A stretch of 64,000 nt of DNA from an uncultured Monoglobus sp. (lineage in GTDB: Bacteria > Bacillota > Clostridia > Monoglobales > Monoglobaceae): positions 12,750 through 76,749 of the forward strand of contig CANQMT010000009.1 in the NCBI GenBank assembly GCA_947625055.1, given 5' to 3'. This document shows, piece after piece, positions 10,607 through 19,431 of the stretch (within the stretch, counting starts at the first letter, position 1; the number at the start of each line of letters is the position of its first letter). The notes below the pieces were generated by a model, which was given only the letters and a program-made list of their open reading frames with translations, made no database searches and was not told where the DNA came from. A program made the position numbers and the translations under genes.

Positions 10607-11809
10607 TTATTTGTCGTCAAGCGCCGCGCAGCCGGGCAGCACCTTGCCCTCAAGCAGCTCCATTGAAGCGCCGCCGCCGGTCGAGATGTGCGTCATCTTG
10701 TCGCCGAAGCCCAAGGTGTTGATCGCTGCCGCGCTGTCGCCGCCGCCGATGATCGTCGTGGCGTCGGTGTCGGCCAGAGCCTGAGCGACAGCCACTGTGC
10801 CCGCGGCCAGAATCGGGTTCTCGAACACGCCCATAGGGCCGTTCCAGACAACCGTCTTGGCTGTCTTTACGGTGTCCGCGAACAGCGCGCGGGTCTTTTC
10901 GCCTATGTCAAGGCCCATTTTGTCGGCGGGGATTTTATTCGAGGGAACGGTCTCGATCTCGATCTCAGCGTCGATCGGGTTCGGGAAATCGGACGTTATA
11001 ACCGTGTCAATCGGGAGCTGGAGGGTCTTGCCGAGCTTTTCGGCCTTTTCGATCATATCCTTGCAGTAGCCGATCTTGTCCTCGTCAACCAGCGATGTTC
11101 CGACCTCATAGCCCTTGGCCTTGAGGAAGGTGTACGCCATGCCGCCGCCGATGATAAGTGTGTCGCACTTCTCAAGCAGAGTCGAGATAACGTTCAGCTT
11201 ATCCGATACCTTCGCGCCGCCCAGGATAGCCACCAGAGGACGAACGGGATTGTCGATCGCGTTGCCCACGAAGTCGATTTCTTTAGCCATAAGGTAGCCC
11301 GAAACGCAGGGGCTTAAATACTCGGTAACGCCGACCGTCGAGCAGTGCGCTCTGTGGGCGCTGCCGAACGCGTCGTTAACATAGGCCTCGGCCAGCGACG
11401 CAAGCTCTTTGCTGAAGTTTTCCTCGTTCTTTGTCTCCTCGGCCCTGAAGCGGGTGTTCTGGAGCAGGACCACGTCGCCGTCGCTCATATCGGCGACCGC
11501 GGCCTTTGCGTTCTCGCCCACAACGTTGTCGTCGTTCGCGAAAACAACGGGCTTGCCGAGCTTCTCGGAAAGCGACACCGCCACGGGAGCCAGCGAAAGC
11601 GACTCAACGACCTGTCCCTTGGGCTTGCCCATGTGCGAGCACAGGATAACCTTCGCGCCGTCGCCGATGAGTTTTTTGATCGTGGGCAGGGCGCCGTTTA
11701 TGCGGGTCTCGTCCGTGATCTTGCCGTCCTTGATCGGCACGTTGAAGTCGCAGCGGACAAGGACTTTTTTGCCCTTCAGATTAACGTCATCAACAGTTTT
11801 TTTGTTCAT
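10607..11809 (-). CDS. pgk: Phosphoglycerate kinase
   Basis: [42 protein letters not shown] and HISTGGGAS. Confidence 0.98.
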   Translation of the reverse strand: MNKKTVDDVNLKGKKVLVRCDFNVPIKDGKITDETRINGALPTIKKLIGDGAKVILCSHMGKPKGQVVESLSLAPVAVSLSEKLGKPVVFANDDNVVGENAKAAVADMSDGDVVLLQNTRFRAEETKNEENFSKELASLAEAYVNDAFGSAHRAHCSTVGVTEYLSPCVSGYLMAKEIDFVGNAIDNPVRPLVAILGGAKVSDKLNVISTLLEKCDTLIIGGGMAYTFLKAKGYEVGTSLVDEDKIGYCKDMIEKAEKLGKTLQLPIDTVITSDFPNPIDAEIEIETVPSNKIPADKMGLDIGEKTRALFADTVKTAKTVVWNGPMGVFENPILAAGTVAVAQALADTDATTIIGGGDSAAAINTLGFGDKMTHISTGGGASMELLEGKVLPGCAALDDK

Positions 11810-11893
11810 AGGATTACCTCCGATATATTATATTGATAATTAATTATTTTCGTTTAATAAACTCGGTTCTGCGGAGCTTTTTCCGCAACTTTA

Positions 11894-11922
11894 ATTTTAC
11901 CCCATTGTTTAAAATTTATCAA
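11894..11922 (-). promoter_or_regulatory. Sigma-A-like promoter of pgk-tpiA-gpmI
   Basis: Minus strand TTGATA, 17 bp, TAAAAT. Confidence 0.6.
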
Positions 11923-11983
11923 GGGGTTTTTACCAAAAAATCACATTAAATTTAGACAAACAGAGACGTTTATTTTGTTAATA

Positions 11984-12024
11984 TGTCAATTGACAATATA
12001 CGGGATATGTTATAGTATATAACA
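11984..12024 (+). promoter_or_regulatory. Promoter of the ECF S-component gene with two overlapping palindromes
   Basis: TTGACA (11990-95), 17 bp, TAGTAT. TGTCAATTGACA overlaps the -35 and TGTTATA-GTA-TATAACA overlaps the -10. Confidence 0.55.
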
Positions 12025-12059
12025 CATATTGCGGTTTTGTAAAAAAGGAGTGTTATATT

Positions 12060-12611
12060 TTGAACAGTAAGCTTAAAACAAAAGACCTCGTGATCTCCGC
12101 GCTGCTTATCGCGATCGGGATCATGATCCCCATGATATTCACGGGTCCGCCGTTCCGTATAGTGGTCGGCCCGTATTCGGCGACGCTTATGGCCCATGTG
12201 CCGGTGATACTCGCCATGTTTATCTCGCCGTGGACGGCTGTGTTTACCGCGGTCGGCACGACGATCGGATTTTTTTTCACGGCTCCGCTCGTGGTGGCGG
12301 TCAGAGCCGCCTCGCATATCCTGTTCGCGCTGCTGGGCGCGTATATGATAAAGCGCGGAACGAACCTTGTTCTGACCTGCGTATCAACCGGCGCGGTACA
12401 CGCGGTTGTCGAGGGAATAGTGGTCCTGCTGTTTTTCGCGGGAGGACTCTCATCGAGCGAGACCTATTCGGCCATGGCCATGATGTGGATAACCGTCGCC
12501 GGAACCTTCGCGCACCACATTGTTGACTTTATCATAGCCTACATAGTGGCCGCGGCGCTCCGCCGTGCGAAAATGATGCCCGAGCTTCCTCCTGTTTGGG
12601 GCAGGAAATAA
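12060..12611 (+). CDS. ECF transporter S component, NiaX-like (probable niacin uptake)
   Basis: KTKDLVISALLIAIGIMIP...SATLMAHVPVILAMFISP...RAASH resembles streptococcal NiaX as I recall it. About six TM segments. Substrate is inferred. Confidence 0.7.
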   Translation: MNSKLKTKDLVISALLIAIGIMIPMIFTGPPFRIVVGPYSATLMAHVPVILAMFISPWTAVFTAVGTTIGFFFTAPLVVAVRAASHILFALLGAYMIKRGTNLVLTCVSTGAVHAVVEGIVVLLFFAGGLSSSETYSAMAMMWITVAGTFAHHIVDFIIAYIVAAALRRAKMMPELPPVWGRK

Positions 12612-12706
12612 TTCGGTTTTTTGAAAAAATGAAAAATGTTTAAAATTTTTCAAAAATTTTTTAAAAAAGGCTTGCATTTTATATAATTATAATATATAAT
12701 ATAAAT

Positions 12707-12855
12707 AATCCTTGCGGAAGGATCAATTTCCGCATCTCCGCTTAGCAGCGCGCGAGGCGGAGAGTTGAGTTTTGTTAATTGCTTTACAGCAATTAAAGTT
12801 TTTCATATAATCCATTCACCTAAGAAAGTAGCGGCGCTTCGGCGCCGCTATTTTC
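12707..12855 (+). ncRNA. Candidate small RNA A (stand-alone, structured, anti-SD/anti-AUG motif)
   Basis: TTGCAT (12672-77)-17-TATAAT (12695-700). Hairpins TGCGGAA/TTCCGCA, TCTCCGC/GCGGAGA and TTAATTGCT/AGCAATTAA. Terminator TAGCGGCGC-TTCG-GCGCCGCTA-TTTT (12829-54). No plus-strand ORF. Confidence 0.7.
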
Positions 12856-12887
12856 ATGTCTGAAAAATTATGTAATTGTTTTGTTAC

Positions 12888-12916
12888 TTGAAATTTTTAG
12901 CGAATTATGGTATTAT
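12888..12916 (+). promoter_or_regulatory. Promoter of the small-peptide mRNA
   Basis: TTGAAA (12888-93), 17 bp, TATTAT (12911-16), with an extended TGn motif. Confidence 0.75.
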
Positions 12917-13053
12917 ATTTACAGACGCTTTGGCGTTTACACTAAAGGGTATTTTGAGCGGTTAGCCATCTCCTATTTCTTTTTGGAAAGGAGGTGACCT
13001 CCCGATTTTGCCTTGAGTTTTTCTCAAGAGCTTATTGAAAGGAGGGATTGCTA

Positions 13054-13128
13054 ATGCTTAGAACGATTTTAAAAATAATCGTCGCTGTCGTGATATTTTT
13101 CATAATAGTAAGCACAAAAGCAATATGA
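13054..13128 (+). CDS. 24-aa hydrophobic peptide MLRTILKIIVAVVIFFIIVSTKAI, putative type I toxin (absent from the ORF track)
   Basis: Strong SD GAAAGGAGGG (13037-46), a single TM-like core flanked by basic residues, its own promoter and terminator, and a convergent antisense unit. Confidence 0.78.
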   Translation: MLRTILKIIVAVVIFFIIVSTKAI

Positions 13129-13242
13129 CCGCCCCTGAGCTAAAGTAGCGGTCATATTATTGTGACAATTAAAACTTTGGCTAACCGTTTAACGGTTCCC
13201 TTTTGTGCGATTGGGAATCGCTTTTCAGCGATTCCTTTTCGT
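13113..13242 (-). ncRNA. Putative type I antitoxin antisense RNA
   Basis: Consensus minus-strand promoter TTGACA (13277-72)-17-TATAAT (13254-49). Terminator stem AATATGACCGC/GCGGTCATATT (13122-32/13148-58) followed by GCTTTT. It overlaps the peptide stop codon and 3' UTR. Confidence 0.75.
13214..13240 (+). terminator. Terminator of the small-peptide mRNA
   Basis: GGAATCGCT-TTTC-AGCGATTCC-TTTTC. Confidence 0.8.
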
Positions 13243-13326
13243 ATTTATATTATATATTATTTTTTTGCGTTTGTCAAGTGATTTTCTTGTATCAAACATA
13301 GGTATTAGTGATTAGTAACTAGGGAC

Positions 13327-13652
13327 TAGGGCGGGACGTCGAGGGCGCCGTCCCCTACGACCATGGTGCGCAAAACGCCGTAGGCCGTAGGTGCGTCCGG
13401 ATCCGCGGAGCGGGTGCGGGGGCACTTCCGTGTTTCATTTCCACGAATAAACGAGGCCACAAATCATTAACGTGAGCGGACATGGCCGGACGACCTCGGT
13501 CGCCCGAAAGGGGAACCGCGCATACAAGAAACCCCTCTCAGTCGCCTTCGGCGCCAGCTCTCCCCAAGGGGCGAGCCGGGACGCCGGGGTCGTCGTCCCC
13601 TACGACCAAAGTACGCAAAACACCGTAGGTGCGGATATTATCCGCCCGTTTG
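13327..13652. repeat. Cluster of GTAG-type REP-like palindromes
   Basis: GCGGGACGTCGAGGGCGCCGTCCCCTAC, GGGACGCCGGGGTCGTCGTCCCCTAC and GTAGGTGCGGATATTATCCGCCCG. The same units recur at 57.78-58.01 kb. Confidence 0.8.
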
Positions 13653-13674
13653 CATCATCCCTTGATGAATGATT

Positions 13675-14202
13675 TTACTCAATGTCCTTGACTTCGATGA
13701 TCTGGCCCTCGGTGTTTGAGAACTTGCTGAGGGCGTTGAGGGTCTGGCCGGCGCCTATATATCTGTTGTCGTTTGTGTAGTGGCCGAGGCTGTTATACTT
13801 GCCGTCAACCTCGATCGTGACATACGCGTCATATTTATCGGGAACGGTAACAACGACGTATTTACCGTCGGTCTTGCTGATCTCCATTTTCGCGTCCTCG
13901 GCGGAAACGCCTACAACATCGCCGATATATTCCTTGGTCTCGCGGTCATAAACAGGGCCGCCCTTGCGCAGCGCCTCAAGCGTGTATTCTCTGACGCTTT
14001 CGACCTTGTAGACGTATTGGAATTTTGAGTGCTCGGTCGCGGCGCTTGCGTCGCTGTCCGAGGTGTATCTGGCGTAGATGCCGAACGCCAGCGCCGCGAT
14101 GCACAGGACGACCAAAACATCAATAATGCTTATTATGCCGAAAAGCTTGCCGGTCTTTTTGAAATTTCCCTTGCGGGATCCTGATTTATTATTCTGAGCC
14201 AT
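13675..14202 (-). CDS. DUF4330-like membrane-anchored protein
   Basis: GKLFGIISIIDVLVVL N-terminal TM followed by a beta-rich ectodomain. Family assignment is from recall. Confidence 0.65.
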   Translation of the reverse strand: MAQNNKSGSRKGNFKKTGKLFGIISIIDVLVVLCIAALAFGIYARYTSDSDASAATEHSKFQYVYKVESVREYTLEALRKGGPVYDRETKEYIGDVVGVSAEDAKMEISKTDGKYVVVTVPDKYDAYVTIEVDGKYNSLGHYTNDNRYIGAGQTLNALSKFSNTEGQIIEVKDIE

Positions 14203-14233
14203 AATATTATATCTCCTTTCCTGCGCGCGGCGA

Positions 14234-14719
14234 TTATTCGCTTATCTCAAGCCGTGTCACATATCCGTAGCTCGCCCAGTTCCTGGTGCGCACCGCGGTG
14301 GCGTCTCCGACTCTTATGGGACTGTCGTTGATAGTGACCGCGTCTTTGCCGTCAACGGCATCAGCCTCCATTACGACATATACGTCATACTGACCGGGGA
14401 TCTCCTCGGTTGAGGCGCTGCCCTGCACCACGTCAAAAGCTGTGATCTTGGCGTTTTCATAGTGAACATCGGTCACGACCGCGGGCATTTTTTCCTTAAC
14501 GCCGATCGTAACGCTGTCGCCCACCTGAGGCAGTTCGGTCAAAAACTCATCCTCTTTCGCGAACTCGACCTCGACAGTGGCCTTGACGTTTTGGCCGCTG
14601 GCTTTGGCCGCGTCGGTGTCGGCCGCCGTTGACGAGATGAAAAAGTATCCCGCCGCCGCGATCACCAGAACCACGGCTAAGATGATCAAAAAGTCCATAA
14701 TATTAAATTTTGCTTTCAT
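14234..14719 (-). CDS. DUF4330-like membrane-anchored protein (paralog)
   Basis: KFNIMDFLIILAVVLVIAAAG TM and ...IRVGDATAVRTRNWASYGYVTRLEI C-terminus, paralogous to its neighbour. Confidence 0.65.
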   Translation of the reverse strand: MKAKFNIMDFLIILAVVLVIAAAGYFFISSTAADTDAAKASGQNVKATVEVEFAKEDEFLTELPQVGDSVTIGVKEKMPAVVTDVHYENAKITAFDVVQGSASTEEIPGQYDVYVVMEADAVDGKDAVTINDSPIRVGDATAVRTRNWASYGYVTRLEISE

Positions 14720-15848
14720 TATAAATATTCCCCCGTTCCTGTTTATTATCGATCAATGATCGGTAGATGTTTTCTATGTTCCTTGTGTTGACTTCCGCGG
14801 TAAAAGTGTTTTTGTATATCTCAAGGCTTTTCTTTTTCATGTTTTCGTAAAGCGTTTTGTCGCTCATCAGCAGCTCCAGTTTGTCCGCCATTGCTTTCGG
14901 ATCCTTTATCGGAACCAGAAATCCGTTTTCACCGTTTTTGATGACGCCCGGGTTCCCGCCAAAGTCGGTGACGACCGCGGGCTTTCCGAGGCTCATTCCC
15001 TGGAGCAGCGAGAGGCTTGTTGCCTCGGTGCCGAACGAGCAGTTGGCCTGAATGTCCATGGCGTTCATCAGCGGCTCAACATCGGTGAGAAAGCCGAGGA
15101 ACTTCACATAATCCTCCAGTCCCTCATCCCTGATCTGCCGCTTGACCGCGTCCTCGGTGTCTCCCGCGCCGGCGATCAGAAACTTCGCGCGAACGCCCTT
15201 GTCCCGCAGCAGCCTCGCCGTATCGACAAAGTATTTGTGTCCTTTAACTTCGGTCAGCCTCGCGATGATCGCGACCGCCTTCTCATCGGGCGCTATCCCC
15301 ATTGAGGCGCGTATTTTTTCTCTGTCGGGCAGCGGCTTCAGCGGCTCGACTCCGTTTAAGATGACCTCGATCTTTTTCTCCGACACGCCGGTGGCGGTCA
15401 GATTATCTTTGGCAGCCTCGGCCACCGCGATGATCCTGTCGGCGGTCATGTTGTTCACCGCGCCGTTGATCATCTTTCCGAGCCCGCTCGACAGTCGCTT
15501 TGACGGCTCAAACACGCTGTGCCGCGTGTAGACGACCTTTATGCCGCACATTTTCGCGGCGATCCTCGCCGACATGCAGCCGTGTGTGTGCACGATGTCG
15601 GGCCCGAGTTCCTTAAACAATTTTTTAAGCAGTCCGACGGCTTTCATATCAAGCGACTTTTCCGCTAAGTGTTCAAGCTCGTGAGTCTTGATGCCGAGGG
15701 CTTTTATTTCTGGTATGAGCAGCGATTCGATGGGAACCACGGCCTCGACTTCAAATCTGCTGCGGTCAAAATGTTTAAGGAAGGTGACTATGCATTTTCC
15801 CGCGCCGCCGATGTTTGAGTCGGACGACACTTCCAAAACCTTTATCAA
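14703..15848 (-). CDS. GT4-family glycosyltransferase
   Basis: SNIGGAG, PDIVHTHG, YTRHS, IARLTEVKGH and EATSLSLLQGMSLGKPAVVTDFGGNPGVI. Gln replaces the usual second Glu of EX7E. Confidence 0.9.
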   Translation of the reverse strand: MIKVLEVSSDSNIGGAGKCIVTFLKHFDRSRFEVEAVVPIESLLIPEIKALGIKTHELEHLAEKSLDMKAVGLLKKLFKELGPDIVHTHGCMSARIAAKMCGIKVVYTRHSVFEPSKRLSSGLGKMINGAVNNMTADRIIAVAEAAKDNLTATGVSEKKIEVILNGVEPLKPLPDREKIRASMGIAPDEKAVAIIARLTEVKGHKYFVDTARLLRDKGVRAKFLIAGAGDTEDAVKRQIRDEGLEDYVKFLGFLTDVEPLMNAMDIQANCSFGTEATSLSLLQGMSLGKPAVVTDFGGNPGVIKNGENGFLVPIKDPKAMADKLELLMSDKTLYENMKKKSLEIYKNTFTAEVNTRNIENIYRSLIDNKQERGNIYNESKI

Positions 15849-17737
15849 GCTTTTTTCACCGCCTTTTGCTCATCTCTCGCGACATAGACCGCCGCCATTC
15901 CGAGCGCCAGCACGTACCAGAAGATGAGGAAAACTCTGTAGTTGTAGAAGCAGTTGTCAAACATTCCCTGAACGCAGAAGCCCAGAACGCCCGCGGCTAC
16001 AGCCACGATCATCGTGCCGAGCTTGCTGCCTTTTTTGGAGGTGCATTGATAACCGCCGATCATTTTCTTAAAGAACATAAACAGCAGAATGAGGAATATC
16101 GAAATTCCCACAATGCCCGACTCCACGAAAATCTGCAAAAACATATTGTGAGAGTGGGGCGCGACTATTCCGCTGTAAGAATAGAACGGATAGACCGACT
16201 TAAACGCCTGTGTCCCGGGGCCTATGCCCGAAGCCCAGAAATCTTTAAGCATCCCGAATGTTCCGAACCATATGTAGACTCTGTAGGATGTGGACGAGTC
16301 GGTCATGTCGCCCACGCTGACAAAACGGTTGATTATGCTTTCCGGAATGACCATAGGCACAAAGGGCAGAGCGATAAGCGCCAGCCCCCAAAGCTTGCCG
16401 CACACAAACGTCACATAAACTCCCGCCACGATTATAAATCCTATCCAGCATCCGCGCGAGAACGTGAGTATCAGCGTCAGGAACATCAAACCCGCCAAGG
16501 CGGCGTACATCGCTTTAGAGAGCTTTTTGGAGCGTTCCCATACAAGGCCCACGCAGACCGGTATCACCAGAAGTATATACTCTCCGAGAACGTTGGGGTT
16601 CTCAAGAGTGGAATAGACTCTCATCTTTATATCCGTGAACATCTCCTCGTCCATCCAGGCCGAGGCGGTGTCCCATCCGAAAACGTACTGCGCAACGCCG
16701 TAGAGACAGACGAGCGCGCCCGACAGAACGAAAAGCGCCAGCGCGTCAAAGAGCTGTCTGCGCGTCTTGACCGTGTTGATGACGACGAAGTAGAACAGCA
16801 TAAACGACATATAAACGAGGAATATGCTGAGGCTGTTAAGCCGAGCGAACGAAAAGATGCTCGCGATCAGATAAATGGCAAGCATGCCGAGGATCAAAAA
16901 TCCCATGCCGTCGAACCGCCAGCGGAACTTTCTGTCGCAGACTCCCTTGATGATGAGCGAGAACAGGCTGAGCAGCGACAGGCCGACCATGACCATGGTG
17001 GGCGCCAGCGGAGCCAGAAAAATCGTGAAATAAACACCCGCGAGCGGAGCGCGGAGCACCGTGAACAGTCCGAACAGACCGCCGATGATAAGCAGCGGAA
17101 GCAGAGGGCTGAGATACGCCGCGAGGCCGGCGGCCGCGCCCAGAATAACAGAGAGCCACAGCCTTGAAGGCTTCTTGGTGTATCTTGGATTGAAAACCTT
17201 GTTGAAATCGGGCTCGATTCCGGTCAGGTGCGTGAATATCTTCATGATCCATGAATCTTTGAGGTAAGACGTCAAATTAAGATCTATCAGCATTATAAGC
17301 GCACCTATCACCGCGATAACGCAAAGAGGTATGCTTATTCCCGCGCCGGCGATTATCCCCGCCGCCGCGGCGCCCAACGCCGTAAACAGCGTTAAGCCGC
17401 CTATGAACCGCGTGTTCAGCGCCAGCAGATTGTGAAGATAGATGTTAGCGAGTCTCACGACCAGACTGCCGGCTATCTTGTTTTCGATAACCGCGCCCGC
17501 CTTGCGGCTGAATTTCTCCAAAAGCTCAAAAGGCAGCTTAAAGACACGTCCGACAACGCTGGCCCCAAGCGCTTCGGGATCAAAATGCTCGCGCCTGAAA
17601 AAGTTGGTGACGACCCCGCGCTGCCACGCACCGGAAATACCGTCATAAACCTTTCTCAGCAGCTTATAGACGAAGCTTTGCTTTATCAGGCCCCAGACAT
17701 ACATCCACGCGGCTTGAAAATATCCCATTTCGTTCAT
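15845..17737 (-). CDS. O-antigen ligase (Wzy_C)-family polytopic membrane protein
   Basis: More than 12 TM segments, RVYSTLENPNVLG, LTFSRGCW, SYRVYIW and APHSHNMFLQIFVESG. Confidence 0.88.
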   Translation of the reverse strand: MNEMGYFQAAWMYVWGLIKQSFVYKLLRKVYDGISGAWQRGVVTNFFRREHFDPEALGASVVGRVFKLPFELLEKFSRKAGAVIENKIAGSLVVRLANIYLHNLLALNTRFIGGLTLFTALGAAAAGIIAGAGISIPLCVIAVIGALIMLIDLNLTSYLKDSWIMKIFTHLTGIEPDFNKVFNPRYTKKPSRLWLSVILGAAAGLAAYLSPLLPLLIIGGLFGLFTVLRAPLAGVYFTIFLAPLAPTMVMVGLSLLSLFSLIIKGVCDRKFRWRFDGMGFLILGMLAIYLIASIFSFARLNSLSIFLVYMSFMLFYFVVINTVKTRRQLFDALALFVLSGALVCLYGVAQYVFGWDTASAWMDEEMFTDIKMRVYSTLENPNVLGEYILLVIPVCVGLVWERSKKLSKAMYAALAGLMFLTLILTFSRGCWIGFIIVAGVYVTFVCGKLWGLALIALPFVPMVIPESIINRFVSVGDMTDSSTSYRVYIWFGTFGMLKDFWASGIGPGTQAFKSVYPFYSYSGIVAPHSHNMFLQIFVESGIVGISIFLILLFMFFKKMIGGYQCTSKKGSKLGTMIVAVAAGVLGFCVQGMFDNCFYNYRVFLIFWYVLALGMAAVYVARDEQKAVKKA

Positions 17738-17789
17738 ATGTTACCGTCCTTTCTATATTATAAGCCTCACCCTGTTTAGGGCAGAGGGG

Positions 17790-19364
17790 TTATGTCTCAT
17801 TATTTGTTTTCTTCAAAAATCCCAGCGCCGCCTTAAACTCGTTCACTTTAAGGAGCCAAGCCAAAGCCGCGTACACAACGCACGCGGGCAGCGCGGCGGC
17901 GCACAGCTTAACGAGGGTTATCACCATTCCCGAACCGGGGATCATGTCGGCCGGAACGTAGATGAGTTTAGCCGCGGCGAACGCGGCGGCGCCGCATATT
18001 AATGTCTTTAATATATTAACAACAAATTCCCGCGTTATGACGCCCGCTCTCCTGCGGTTTATCATAACCAGCAGCGCGAGCGCGATAGCGGTGGAGCTTA
18101 TGGCGCTCGCCAGAGCGAGACCGTTTATGCCGAGGCCCAGACCGAGCACAAACAGCGCCGCGCAGCCGATGTTGACCGCCACTCCGAAGATCGAGGTGAA
18201 CATCGGGGTCTTGCCGTCGCGGATCGCGTAAAAGCTCTTGTTGAGCACCTCGCAAATGGAATATCCCACCATTCCGAAGGAATAGAAAAACAGCGCCGAG
18301 GCGGTGATTTTTGTATTGTCCGCCGTGAACGCGCCGCGCTCGAACACGACCTTGATGATCGGGCCGCTAAGCGCCAGGAACAGCGCCGATATTATCGTGA
18401 TTATGAATATTATCCAGCCAACCGACGTCCGCGTCGTCTCGGCGAACGCCGAGTCGTTGTCGCCCGCGCTGAGGCGCGAGAGCCTCGGGAATATGAAGTT
18501 GGTTATCGCGTAGGCGAAAACGCCGACCATAATTATATATATCTTGTTGGCCCAGCCCAGCGCCGACACCGCGCCGTCGCCGAGGCCCGAGCCGAACGAC
18601 ATGTTGATAACGTTGCAAAGCGGCTGCACCCATGAGCTTATCAGCACGGGCAGAGCCAGCAGAGCCACTTCCTTCATGGTTCCGTCGCTGAAATTCATGC
18701 GGGGCCTGTAGCGGTAGCCCGTTTTGAGCAGCCACGGGATCTGGAAAAAGAGCTGCAGCGCCCACGCGATAAGCATAGAGACCGCAACGCCTGTGAGGCC
18801 CATTTTGTCGCCGAATATAATAAGATAGGCGATCATCACACCGTTTGAGACAACGCTGATAAGCGAGGGGATCGTGAACTCGCCGTGAGACTGGAGTATT
18901 CCCACGACCACATACGCGACCGCGGTGAAAGCGATCGACGGGAACAGGATGCGGAGCAGCTTCGCGGTCTCCTCGACCTTGCCGGGCACGTCGGCATAGC
19001 CCGGCACCATAAGGCGCACGATCGGAGCGGCGAAGACCGAGCCGAGGATCGCCGCCAGCACCGCCGCGGAGCCCGCGACAGTTATGAAGTTGTTGGCAAA
19101 AGCGTCGGCGGCCTCTCTGCCCTTTTGCTCAAGATTTTTGTTGTATATCGGCACAAAGGTCGAAAGGATCGCGACCCCGAGCACCATGTCAAAAAACAGC
19201 AGTGGTATCTGGGTCGCGCTGTTGATCACATCGCTGGCGTAGCCCTGGCCGTAAATACCCGCGACAAGCATCTCTCGCAGCAGTCCCATGAACTTCGCAA
19301 GCAGGATCAGCACGGCCATTATGCTTATCGACCGAACCGCCTTTCCGTTCTTTTTGTCAGCCAT
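17790..19364 (-). CDS. murJ: MurJ/MviN-family lipid-linked precursor flippase
   Basis: KFMGLLREMLVA, IPLLFFD, STFVPI, VLFERGAFT-like VVFERGAFT, and about 14 TM segments. Confidence 0.92.
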   Translation of the reverse strand: MADKKNGKAVRSISIMAVLILLAKFMGLLREMLVAGIYGQGYASDVINSATQIPLLFFDMVLGVAILSTFVPIYNKNLEQKGREAADAFANNFITVAGSAAVLAAILGSVFAAPIVRLMVPGYADVPGKVEETAKLLRILFPSIAFTAVAYVVVGILQSHGEFTIPSLISVVSNGVMIAYLIIFGDKMGLTGVAVSMLIAWALQLFFQIPWLLKTGYRYRPRMNFSDGTMKEVALLALPVLISSWVQPLCNVINMSFGSGLGDGAVSALGWANKIYIIMVGVFAYAITNFIFPRLSRLSAGDNDSAFAETTRTSVGWIIFIITIISALFLALSGPIIKVVFERGAFTADNTKITASALFFYSFGMVGYSICEVLNKSFYAIRDGKTPMFTSIFGVAVNIGCAALFVLGLGLGINGLALASAISSTAIALALLVMINRRRAGVITREFVVNILKTLICGAAAFAAAKLIYVPADMIPGSGMVITLVKLCAAALPACVVYAALAWLLKVNEFKAALGFLKKTNNET

Positions 19365-19402
19365 ATTGTATCTCCCAAATTTTCGGTAATAAATTTATCA
19401 AC

Positions 19403-19431
19403 ATTATATAATAAAAAGAGCTCAAAGTCAA
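19403..19431 (-). promoter_or_regulatory. Sigma-A promoter of the murJ-ligase-GT4-DUF4330 operon
   Basis: Minus strand TTGACT, 17 bp, TATAAT. The -35 sits inside an AGAGCT/AGCTCT inverted repeat. Confidence 0.75.

Noticed and set aside
12723-12806. Minus-strand 27-aa ORF MKNFNCCKAINKTQLSASRAAKRRCGN with an SD
   Set aside because: No minus-strand promoter is visible and a bidirectional terminator lies just upstream, whereas the plus strand has a full promoter and terminator. Kept only as an alternative to sRNA A.
13472-13672. 66-aa plus-strand ORF
   Set aside because: It is composed of REP-like palindromes and has no RBS or coding features.
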